This document shows positions 52,791 to 64,000 of a stretch of 64,000 bases of DNA, in pieces; positions within the stretch are counted from its first letter, which is position 1, and each line of letters starts with the position of its first letter. A model generated the notes under the pieces. That model did not search any database. It worked only from the letters and a program-made list of their open reading frames with translations, and was not told where the DNA came from. The position numbers were made by a program, and so were the translations under genes. The stretch is from Octopus vulgaris (Eukaryota), in contig OX597819.1 of the NCBI GenBank assembly GCA_951406725.2, positions 68,820,001 through 68,884,000 on the forward strand. The letters are read 5' to 3'.

Positions 52791-54194
52791 TAGCTCTATT
52801 CCCCACTCTTACACTCCTTCCATATTTATCTACAGTATATAACTCAGCGCTTTGGTTCCCCTCTAGTGCAAACATTACCATCACCACAAAAAAAGAGAAT
52901 ATCCAATTTGCCGTACCATATAATCAGTGATCAAACAGCCACGCCCGAAAGACTCCTTTTGAATAAATGTAATGTAATTGTATGTTGCTTGTTTAAAACT
53001 CCAGCCAGTTGATAGGTGATGTCAGGTCAGTCATGACGTCTCCTATGAGTGCTGCTGGTAACAAGGAATCCTGTACAATTTGTTGAATGACGGGTCGACG
53101 GCGACCAAACCGTTACAACCCACTAGGCTTCCCTGGCGAGAAAGGCTGCTAGAAACCCAGCAGAGCTAAAAACAAGAACTGCCAAAATGACGGTTGAACC
53201 GAGTATAGATTCATCTGCTGTCTAGGAATAGCACAGATCCTCAGAAATTCCGGGTTAGTGTCCGGTGTACTGGATGGCCACTGGGAGTAAGGTACCCCTA
53301 CTCCTTAGCCTTTCTTGAAGCATGTCTCTAGAACCTGTTTCAGACGCAGGCTACGTGTGCTCCGATATTTGGCGAAGATTTGGTCAGAGAATCGTCTTCG
53401 ACGGTCTTCAGTCGTGGGTTAGATGAGCTGCTACGGATCATGTTATTGCAAAGTGTGTAGGCATGTGACTGGGGTCCACATGTGAACTTATTTTTCCACC
53501 GAGACACCGAAAACATGTTGTTCGGAGCCGGCTTGACCCAACCCGGATAAATGCGACACAAGTATAAGTACAAGATGAGATATTGTCCTTTCGTACAAAT
53601 TTCGTCCATTGGTATATCTATGTACATAGCCACAGTTTTTCATCTGTGATTACATTGTGATTGGAGAAGACTCGATAATATTTCGAGGCTATCATGAAGA
53701 GATTCCTGAGAGCCCTGTTAATAATTCGGTGACAGCTGCTTCTATTTTTTGAAATTAAAGTAACAGAACTTTCGTGATGATTTGGGTAAATAATATATTT
53801 AAATTAATATATTTGATTTCAATTAGCTTTATTAAAATTATGTAATGAGATATGCATGCTGCCCTATAAACATCTATGTGTGTCAGTGTATGTTTGTGTC
53901 AGTGTCCACCACCAATTGACAGCTGGTATCTTGACGTTTGGGATAAGTCCACTGACAGAATAAGTACCAGGGTTCAAAAATATAAGCCCTGGGGTCGAGT
54001 CTTTCAGCAAATATTCTCGAAGGCGATGCCTTAGCATGACCACCGCACTTTAATGCTTAAACAAGTAATAGATACATTTTATTGAGTTTATTTTAATGAA
54101 AAGGGCATTTGAATAAAATTATCATATAGACTATATCTGAAAAATATGTTTTATGCAGTTGAAGATATTTCGTTTAGGAAATGCCGGAATTGTT

Positions 54195-54390
54195 AGAGCG
54201 TCAGAAGAAATGCTTTGAATTAGTTCTTCCAATTCATTACGTTCTGAGTTTAAATTCAGCCAGGGTTGATATTGCATTTCATATTGTTGTTCGTTGAAAT
54301 AAGTACCAGTCATATCCTGAGATCGATGTAAGTGACAAACCCCCTTTTCCCCTAAAATCGGTGGTTATGTGCCAAGGTTTGAAACAATTA
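54195..54390 (+). mobile_element. SINE family B, degenerate
   Basis: tacgttctgagtttaaattc..aaataagtaccag..tcgatgtaa. Confidence 0.55.
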
Positions 54391-54943
54391 TTAAATATCG
54401 TACATATTGCCAAGAGGACAGATGCCGCTATAGATAGAGGCTTCGCCTATAAGCTGTATCGCTGTTTGAAATCTTCACACAGCTAGCCTGCATTTGACAA
54501 TTTTCTGCAACTCCATTTCAAGTCAGATAACTTCAATGAAAATACAGATTCAATTATAACATCATGATCATTCAATATGGATTTTCATTGCCCGAAATGT
54601 ACATTGCATCAACAGATACATGTAAACTTTTGATATCTGTTCTGTATCTGATATTGATCCTAGATGAAAGTTCTTTTCAAACCCTTTAAGTTCTCAAAGA
54701 GTTCAAGAACCAAATTTTCCATGTTTAGCAGTGTATAGAATATTCTGAGTTCAAAGAAAATGTGTTGTCTTTGAGTTGACATTGTCGGTGATGAAGGTCT
54801 AAGGTGAATGTTTATCGAAACGTAGTTATTAATCCAGAGAATCTCTATAAACGTTTCAATGAATCTGTGTTTAACTGTCGACTAATTATGTTTCTATCTC
54901 TCCGTCATTTTCTCACCCACCTCTCTCTCACATTGTCTATATT

Positions 54944-55096
<153 letters not shown>

Positions 55097-55201
55097 TTAC
55101 ATTTCTTTCTACCTATCGATATATCTACCCATTTATATATCTATCTATCATTTATGAATCTTGCTACCTAGCTGTTTATCTAGCTAATATTTCACAACCA
55201 T

Positions 55202-55420
55202 AAGTCGGTGAGCTGGCAGAACCGTTACCTTGCATGGCAAAACACTTATAAGCATTTCGTGTGCGTTTATGTTCCGAGTTCAAATCCCGCCAAGGTCGAT
55301 TTTGCTTTACATCCCTTTCGGGTCGGAAATATGTTTCAAGACGGATTCTGATGTCAAGGTAATCGAATTGCCACCTCTCGCAAAACTGCTGGCCTTGTCA
55401 AAAAATTTGAAACCGATATT
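55202..55420 (+). mobile_element. SINE family B
   Basis: ggtgagctggcagaa..gttccgagttcaaatcccgccaaggtcga..atccctttcgggtcg. Confidence 0.75.
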
Positions 55421-55669
55421 TCACAATGACTGTCTGAGTTTCTCTTTGTCTGTCTGTGTATTTCCTATTGACTTAACATGTCAGATACATTTAAAGTGTG
55501 CACCAGCAAACCCATGCAAATAAACATAATGCATTATATAAAAACAAAAATACCTATCTCTCTCTATCGCTATCTATCCGTTTCTCTCTAACTTTCTCCG
55601 TCTTTCTCTATTTCTTTCTCTCCCTCTCTCTCTCTCTTTATATTATATATATATATATATATATGTATG

Positions 55670-55747
<78 letters not shown>

Positions 55748-55763
55748 TGTATGTATGTATGTA

Positions 55764-55928
55764 GGGGCAGGAGTGGGTGTGTAGTAAGTAGCTTGCTTAC
55801 CAAGCACATGGTTCTGGATTCGCTTCCCCTGCATGGCGCCTTGGGCAAGTGTCTACTGGTATTGACTCGGGCTGGCCAAAGCCCCGTGAGTTGATTTGGT
55901 AGACGGAAAACTGAAAGACGCCAGTCGT
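55764..55928 (+). mobile_element. SINE family A, 5' half
   Basis: ggcaggagtgggtgtgtagtaagtagcttgctt..cttgggcaagtgtct..ggtagacggaaa. Confidence 0.75.
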
Positions 55929-56075
55929 ATATATATATGTATGTGTATATATATATATACAGGGTCTGTCATGCCCGGAGTCCAACTTTGATAGAAATAA
56001 GCATTCTTGACTGCTATTTCTATTTTTTCGGTATGCGGTCAAGCAACCTGTTTTGCCTGTCCCTTTTTCTTATAT

Positions 56076-56130
<55 letters not shown>

Positions 56131-56150
56131 GTATATATATGTATTATATA

Positions 56151-56510
56151 AGTGACTGTGTGGTAAGAACCTTGCGTCCCAGTCACATGGTTCTGGTTTC
56201 AGTCCCACTGCGTGACACCTTGCGCCACTGTCTTCTACTATAGCATCGGGCCGTCCAAAGTATGGATTTGGTACACGGAAGCTGAAAGAAGTGTGTATGT
56301 GTCTGTGCGTATGTTTGTGTTTCTGTTTTGTCCCCCACTATTCCTTGTCAACCGATGCTGGTGTGTTTACGTCCCCGTAACTTAACGGTTTGGCAAAGGG
56401 ACCGATTGAATAACTACTAGGCTTACAAAGAATAAGGCCTGGGGTGGATTTGTTCGACTAACGGCGATGCCACTGCATGACTCCAGTCAAATGACAGAAA
56501 AAAATAAAAG
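56151..56510 (+). mobile_element. SINE family A
   Basis: ctgtgtggtaagaa..cagtcccactgcgtg..acgtccccgtaactt..cagtcaaatgac. Confidence 0.8.
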
Positions 56511-56888
56511 AATATATGTGTGATTGTCTGTACGTATGTGTGTGTAAGTGAGTGTATGTGTGTGAGAGAGTGTGTGCTTGTGTGTGTGTGTGATTCTGTC
56601 TGTCTGTTCGTGCATGCGGAATGATTTTTAAAAAAATAGATTGTAAAATATAGTAGTAGACTCAAACTGAGGGCAGAGAGTTTTTGTTTTCCGGTGCTCC
56701 AACCATGCCAGCATGGGAAAGCGCTTATATAAAATATATCTCTTGGTAAGGACGTTTTTAATGAAGTTGTATATAAGTATTTATTCTTAAGAATGTTGCA
56801 TCTCCATCAGCAGAAAATGTTTATTTTTACATCTCACAATGAGAGATATTCAGCAACAGTACTTTGGAGTAAATATTGTTTGCCATCT

Positions 56889-57082
56889 TAACATGGCAGT
56901 CCTGGTTTAGGACGAAAGTTGCTGTAATTTAGGGCCGGGAGACATCGTCTCCAGCTGACTTTACGACACGACATGTGTCCGAAAATACAAGGACACAGAT
57001 CGTGTCGTATAGCCAGCTGAAGACGATGTCTCCTGAGGCTAAATTACAGCAACATTCGTCCTAAACCATGACTGCCATGTTA
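56889..57082. repeat. ~195-bp hairpin made from the non-HHR half of the 47982-48695 element
   Basis: taacatggcagtc..aggacgaa..gacatcgtct..tgtgtcc / ggacaca..agacgatgtc..ttcgtcct..gactgccatgtta. Confidence 0.85.
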
Positions 57083-57145
57083 TGCTGTTTTAGCTCACAC
57101 GCGCGCGCATACGCACTCATAAAGGTATTATAAATATATAAATAA

Positions 57146-57180
<35 letters not shown>

Positions 57181-57183
<3 letters not shown>

Positions 57184-57418
57184 GCAGCGTGGAAGGTGTT
57201 TATAAGCCATTTAAGAAACACACAAAACCGTTAGATTCACTTCAGCATTTAAATTCAATTTGACAAAATATTTCCGTCGCTTTGAGACCGTGACCTGTTC
57301 ACTGACAAAGCCTCGTGCTGCATCACAATAGCTTATGACCACCTTCCACACTGCAATTGTTTTCTTTCCAGCACACGATTTCAGATCAAGTCACTTGCTA
57401 TGGAAGTACATCTATGTA

Positions 57419-57420
<2 letters not shown>
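57181..57420. mobile_element. TA-flanked foldback element of the G3-C8 hammerhead family
   Basis: Minus 57260-57308: ttgtca GTGAACA g gtcac..gcgac GGAA atat TT tgtcaa. The terminal segment aattgcagcgtggaaggtg is inverted near 57339-57358. Confidence 0.7.
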
Positions 57421-57449
<29 letters not shown>

Positions 57450-57667
57450 CCCACACACATGTATGTATATATAAATTAATATATATATACATACATGTAA
57501 GTGTGTGTGTATATGTGTACGCATAACTTGATGTATGGATAGATGGTTGGATGGATGGATGGTCAGTAATTTTTAGAGGGTTAAGACTTTCTATATGACG
57601 TATTGCGAGATTTGATATTTGAAAACTTTACAATCTATGGACAACGACGATGACGCATAGAAAAGAA

Positions 57668-57729
<62 letters not shown>

Positions 57730-58643
57730 AAAAATTTACTGGGAGGAAACGAAACGACGCGAGGGCGCTCAGTCATACAATAGTGTAATAAATAAAATAT
57801 ATGCATACATACATATACGTACGTATATGCATACATACATATATATATGTACGTACCTACATCTACATGTATATATACATGCATATATAAATATATATAA
57901 CGTGAGTACAGGACACCACAAATAGACGTAGAACTCAATGAGAAACGAAAACGTAAAAACAAACATGGAAACGGACCTTTTTTTAACAACGAAAAAACAG
58001 AGTACAACACAAAAAAAATTCCCCTTCATCAGCTGTCCCTAGAACGACTCCGTGCTTGTTTCGAAGGTGACATATACTTCACTTACAAATATCTTAAAGT
58101 TTCCAGCCATTGGTAATCATTTATAGGATCATTTCATTCTTATTTGAAATCAAAAGCAGGACATAAACTTTGTTAAATAAATCACTTTTAAACATTTGGC
58201 GAATCGAATCATTTGTTAAACCTGTGAAATAACTGCGATTTGAAATGCATTCATGGAATACCTGCTTTTCTGTTTTTGTTTTCATACATCGTTCGTAGTT
58301 CGGCAATAGAGAGCAAGGGGAAGAAGGTTTTTGATTCCTATATAAAGATTAACTGTCTCCAGAGAGCTTTCCCTTGCGAAGGTGTTCTTAATATAGTTAC
58401 CATTTTAGTTTTAAACACAATAGAAATTCACAATCCAATTTCAGTACCTTCTTGGGAGTGCAAAAATGGTTTACAAATCGTTGTTTTATTGTAGCGATGG
58501 TTTGTTATTACATAGAAAAATGTCCTTTCTGTCGACATAGAAACTGCATCATTCGTGATTAATAAAGGGATATGTTTTGAATGGAAATCTCGATTATGTC
58601 AAACACGTAGTGTTCACAGGAGGCTTATAAGAGTAGGGGAGGG

Positions 58644-58860
58644 AAGGCGGCGAGCTGGCAGAAATGTTAGCATGCCGAGCAAAATGCAAGGAGGTATTTC
58701 TTTTGTCTTTACGTTCCGACTAAAAATTCCGCTGAGGTTTACTTTGCCTTTCATCCTTTCGGGGTATATAAATTAAGCACCAGTTGCGTCCTGGGGTCGA
58801 TCTAATCGACTGGCACCTTCTCCAAAATTTTCGGGCCTTGTGCCTGGAGTATAAATAAGA
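58644..58860 (+). mobile_element. SINE family B, full length
   Basis: aaggcggcgagctggcagaaa..ttagcatgccg..tttgcctttcatcctttcgggg..ctggggtcgatctaatcgac..ggccttgtgcct. Confidence 0.8.
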
Positions 58861-59236
58861 AATTATAAGAGTAGGAAAGATAATCATTTCTACATATTTA
58901 TCGCGATAGGAAATTGTTATTTAAAATCAACAAACAATTTACAGCTTTAAGTTTATAATTTTTGGTTTTGTATATATCATACGATGACATTGAAATATCT
59001 TGTCCTAGGTTGCCCGACGAAGTAAGCAATCTCTTCTAATATCGGGAAATAGAATGGAAAATCGTAATCCGAATGTAAAATTTGGAAAATATGACAAATA
59101 ATCCGAATACATATATTCTCGACATTTATGAGTCGTTCAGTAAATTACTTAACTATAAAGTAACCATGAGCGGCCTGGTGGCACTTTAATTGGAGATTTA
59201 TAATGAAGCGATTTAACGTAACTTAGGCTGTTGATA

Positions 59237-59485
59237 TACTCTTTTACTCTTTTACTTGTTTCAGTCATTTGAATGTGGCCATGCTGAAGCAGCACCTTTT
59301 AGTGGAGCAAATCGATGCCAGGACTTATACTTTGTAAGCCTAGTACTTATTCTATCGGTTTCTTAAACCGAACCGCTAAGTTACGGGGACGTAAATACAC
59401 CAGTATCGGTTGTCAAGCGATGTTGGGAGGACAAAGACAGACACACAATCACATACACACACATTACTTACACACACACACATAG

Positions 59486-59551
<66 letters not shown>

Positions 59552-59723
59552 ATACATATATACGACGGGCTTATTTTAGTTTCCTTCAACCAAATCCAGT
59601 CACAAGGCTTTGGTCGGTCCGCGGCAATAGTAGAAGACACTTTCCAAAGGTGCCACGCAGTGGGACTGAAGCCGGAACCATGTGGTTCGTAAGCAAGCTA
59701 CTAACCACACATCCACTCCTACG

Positions 59724-59726
<3 letters not shown>
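59237..59726 (-). mobile_element. SINE family A, full length
   Basis: Reverse complement is colinear with 27328-27750, including the internal microsatellite. Confidence 0.85.
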
Positions 59727-59756
<30 letters not shown>

Positions 59757-59821
59757 TTTAAATACACTTTGCTTTTACTATCATACACACACTCAAACAC
59801 ACGCATGCACACTGACAAAAA

Positions 59822-59865
59822 CAGTGAACAGGTCGCGGATTTTAGCGACGAAAATATTTTGACAA
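59822..59865 (+). ncRNA. Type-I hammerhead variant with G3-C8 core (5' stem I truncated in this copy)
   Basis: ca [GTGAACA] g GTCGC ggatttta GCGAC [GAAA] ATAT [TT] TGACAA. Sibling copies supply the 5' strand TTGTCA. Confidence 0.6.
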
Positions 59866-60004
59866 TTTAAACTTAAACTTTGAAGTTAATCGAACGGTTT
59901 TTGTGTGTTTCTTAAATGGCTTACAAACACCTTCCACGCTGCAATTGATTTCGTTCCAGCACACGATCTCAGATCAAATCACTTGCCATGCGAGTACATC
60001 TCCG

Positions 60005-60068
<64 letters not shown>

Positions 60069-60739
60069 TTGTTTTTACCATCATATACGCCTATAATTTT
60101 CTTTCTGCATTTATTTGTTTCCGCCATCTGCGCGAGTGACGTTGCTGGGACCCGCCTTGAAATGTTATAATAAAATAAATCGAGCACAGACTGTACATCT
60201 TAAGACTGGTATATATTCGAGCGTTCCATTTTGCCGAACGGCTAGCTGACAAGCTGACGTGTACGTAAAACTAACCAGCAGTAATTGGCAAGTGGTTGAG
60301 GCGGACATAGACACCGACATACCGAAACGAAAATAGATCTCACCTGCGATCACACACACACACACACTCTCTCTCTTTCTCTCACATGCATGCATGCATA
60401 TACACTCCAAAATTGAGTAAAACAATTATAGAAGTGGTGAACATCAGAACTAAGTTTTCTAGTTTTCTATCTTTCTATTCGTTCGTTTTAGGATGTCTTG
60501 CCGCCCCTGGAAACTTGGTGCGTTGAGAGATATCAAAAAATTTAAAAGCAGATGTGAGAATTTAGATGCACTGAAAATAATTTTCTAACTGTTAACTGGT
60601 GTTCGATACATATACCTCGACCCAGCCTAGTTCTTATGGTGCTCTTCAATATAGTAAAGAACCAATGTGCTCTAATCGATAATGAACCGTAATCACAGAG
60701 GAAACCAGACAGAGAATTCAGAATCTTCGTTTGAGCAGG

Positions 60740-61140
60740 ACAGTAGATCACTTTGAAGAACGTAAGTTGGAAGATTGCTACATATTTTCCGCAGTTCCAA
60801 AGATTCTTCCCCGTCCCAATTACATAGAAACCAGTTATTGTCTTTTGCATTGCCAGGATAGAAACATTGCAAATCTAGCCGAACTGATGGTTTCCTATCT
60901 AGCTAATATGTATATCACTCGTCCTTCAAAGGTCGACTGTCATGAACATGTCCTCGGGGAAACAGAAGACGCAGGCTGGAGAGCTAAAGGTTATATAACG
61001 GCAGTTGGTTATAGAGGATTCGTTGGAAGTAGTTCGAGAGAATGGCTGTAGTGGCTCGGGCTACATCAGGCCGCAACGAATAACCACTATGAATGATATC
61101 CAGGCGAAAGTGGATGAGGCAAGTAGTGGATTGGGTTATA
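60740..61140 (+). pseudogene. Decayed RLE-type non-LTR retrotransposon 3' end (HERO/NeSL-like)
   Basis: WKIATYFPQFQRFFPVPI..LAELMVSY..EDAGWRAKGYITAVGYRGFVGSSSREWL*WLGL resembles the ELTVPWE..GW......EVGCRGFVG.S motif. Confidence 0.6.
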
Positions 61141-61511
61141 CAGGGATAAAGATCAATGGCTAGAAGATTACTAAGTAAAGTCAAGAAACCAATTGAATTG
61201 TTAAGCGGGCCTCAAATCATTGATGGTAGAGGGGAAGCAGTGCCCCGTAATGTCAACCAGAGGAAGGCGCTTTCTATCCTGGCCTGCATCCCCGTAATCA
61301 CGGTAGTGTGGATCTTTCAAGTGGTAATTGTTGTATTTGTAAGTGGTTTGTAAATATGTATATTTACACACACATACACATATGTGTGTGTAAATATGTA
61401 TATTTACACATACATACACACATACACATATATGTAAATATAAATATGCACACGTGTGTGTTTCTGTGTATACACATATATAAATACACACACACGCACA
61501 CACACATATAT

Positions 61512-61555
<44 letters not shown>

Positions 61556-61790
61556 GTATATATATGTATGTATATGTATACATTCATGCATATATATATA
61601 CATATATATATACATATATATACATATATATATATCATATATATATATATATATATATATATAAATGTAGCAATTAAGGACAACTACTTAATAAGGAAAA
61701 CTTAACAAGAAATTGTCAGGTAGATAGCGTAAAAACCTCATAAGAGAAAAAATTTCGAAAATAATTATTTCTTATTGAACATATTAATTT

Positions 61791-61969
61791 ATATATATAG
61801 AGGGCATTATACATACATGCCAGAAGGCATTATATATACATGCCAAACGCTAAGAGGGACAATTAGTAATTTCTACCAAAATGGTAGAAATGACTAATTG
61901 TCCCTCTTAGCGTTTGGCATGTATATATAATGCCTTCTGGCATGTATGTATAATGCCCTCTATATATAT
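61791..61969. repeat. Near-perfect 88-bp-arm palindrome with 3-nt loop
   Basis: Arms 61791-61878 and 61882-61969 with one mismatch seen, embedded in TA-rich sequence. Confidence 0.9.
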
Positions 61970-62545
61970 ATATAAATATAGATATAAATGCACACACACA
62001 CACATACACACATATATATATATATATATAAATAAATACATGTATATATATAAATATATATAAATACATGTATATAAACATATATATAAATACATTATAT
62101 ATATACATATATATACGTTCTTACTCATACACCCAAACGCACCCATACATACGTTTATATTTAATTTGAAATATGGGTATGACGCATAAAATGTGATTCA
62201 TTTGCAGACATAAGGAGCAGCTCTATCTTTATGAGTTTACGTTGGCTGCAATAATTTATTAGGAACTTATGTAATCAAGACGAAAACATCGACTATCACA
62301 AGGTAGTATATTTTCCTTATGGTTTCTGCAAAATCATTCCTATAGATATTGTTAAAGGTATTTAAGGGAAAAATGCTGTATTATCTGCAATTTATATTAT
62401 ATAATATTAATCAAATTTTCTCTACTGTCGTCCACAGCGTTATGTCTTCAATCAAGTTATATTATCCAATATGAAACAAGTTATTAAATTATTGTATTAC
62501 CGCCATTTTCTTACTATTATCTTCGTGTAAATATAAGCAAGCATA

Positions 62546-62640
<95 letters not shown>

Positions 62641-63350
62641 ATATGAGTGTATCTGTATGTATGTGTGTGTGTATGTATGCGTATATACTAATGTAATGCA
62701 GCAATGTGTGTGTGTATTTGTGTTAATATGTAGGAATATATTAGCTTGTATTGTTTGTGTGTTTTGTTTCGCAAGGCTTGTCCGTTACCATACATCAATT
62801 CATGTAGCATTGTCTATATGTTTCGGTATGCACGAACATACTGGCGTATATAATTACATTTACGGCGTGTCTGTGTATGCATGCTTATGAACGCTTCCTC
62901 TAATGTATGTACGTATATGTGTAAAAAGTGATTGCACGTCGCCTGTTATTTAACGTGTTGTATTCAGGATCGCGCGATCGTCGGTTTGATTCCCAAAGCG
63001 AACAATACGTTCTATTAATGGGCAAAACACTTCATTCACGTTCCGACACAATCACTTCGACACCAGACATGTGGTAACTGTAAAGGGCATGTTGATATGA
63101 AGGAGGGAATGAGTCGATGGATTACATAAGAATTTAATCATTACAAACAAATCATTTGTTCCGATTGTCCAAGATGAAATTTCGTAAGCCTCAATTATCA
63201 TCTAAGAGAGGTGAACGACACTATAGTAATATAAACGTACATAGATGATGCGATTTATGTACTCTGCTATGGATCCAGTACTAACTAGGGCGTATATAAA
63301 CACTTATATGTACTTTCATACATAAGATATACATGCGAACATTTGTACAA

Positions 63351-63429
<79 letters not shown>

Positions 63430-63432
<3 letters not shown>

Positions 63433-63578
63433 ACGGAGTAAACACATAAATGTGAAACAAGGGGAAAAAGTACTCAAATACCAGAGGTAGAGTAATATGC
63501 TTTTTTTAAAAGCAGCAAAAATTGAACAAAAGCTGTTACTCGGAGTTTCACGTTCCCGTTCGTCGCACAGTTTTGTTT
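63430..63578 (-). mobile_element. TA-flanked element of the C4 hammerhead family
   Basis: Minus strand: actgt GCGACGA acg ggaa cgt GAAA ctc c gag TA acagc. Confidence 0.75.
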
Positions 63579-63579
63579 T

Positions 63580-63638
<59 letters not shown>

Positions 63639-64000
63639 AGGAGTGAGGTAAAGAGATGATGCTATGTTTCGTGATAGAACATTCGACACAAAAAGTACAC
63701 CATCTGATGAGAGATAAACGTTATTTTTTTCAAGGATAAAATACACGCTTTTAATTGCTACTAATAGTTTTGAAATATCTCAAACATATTCTCAGGCACA
63801 AACCACATATCATACGTATGAATGTATGCATGTATGTATTTATGTAAATGTAGGTATGTATGTATAGATGTATATATTTATCTATGTATGTATAACTTTT
63901 AATTGGTACAAGACATAATGCAGTCGAGAATATTTTGCATGGTAACATATATATGCCAATGAAAAGCAATATGTGTGTGTGTTTGTGTGTGTTGTGTGTG

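Noticed and set aside
54785-54826. gtgatgaagg...gaaacgta hammerhead-like spacing
   Set aside because: G at position 3 without C8, and stems I and II do not pair. At best a very decayed relic.
58005-58070. Minus-strand CTGATGAAGGGG preceded by cttcGAAAc, as a possible type-II hammerhead
   Set aside because: No convincing stem I or stem III pairing, and no downstream GAAA for a type-I fold

Overview
A 64-kb, AT-rich, microsatellite-saturated eukaryotic window with no intact cellular gene that I can support. Nearly all ORFs in the supplied track are translations of (TA)n/(CA)n/(TAGA)n/(AAT)n repeats. The SINE families and microsatellite style point to an octopus (coleoid cephalopod) intron or intergenic region (inference). 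Recognisable content: truncated R4/Dong-type restriction-like-endonuclease LINEs in (AAT)n tracts, two CR1-group LINE 3' ends, a HERO-like LINE relic, a decayed Penelope-like (PLE) reverse transcriptase, a non-autonomous Helitron, a 1.23-kb foldback element with an 8-bp TSD, several tRNA-derived SINE families and a tRNA pseudogene. The most striking signal is about 20 type-I hammerhead ribozyme motifs, read by eye. Five have intact cores, several carry family-wide core variants (G3-C8, C4, U/C6) and the rest are decayed. They sit in several unrelated short non-coding elements that lie in or against (TA)n tracts and are often arranged as head-to-head foldbacks. They look like a diverse population of non-autonomous PLE-derived or retrozyme-like elements. 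Coordinates of degenerate repeats are approximate, and no folding or database search was run.
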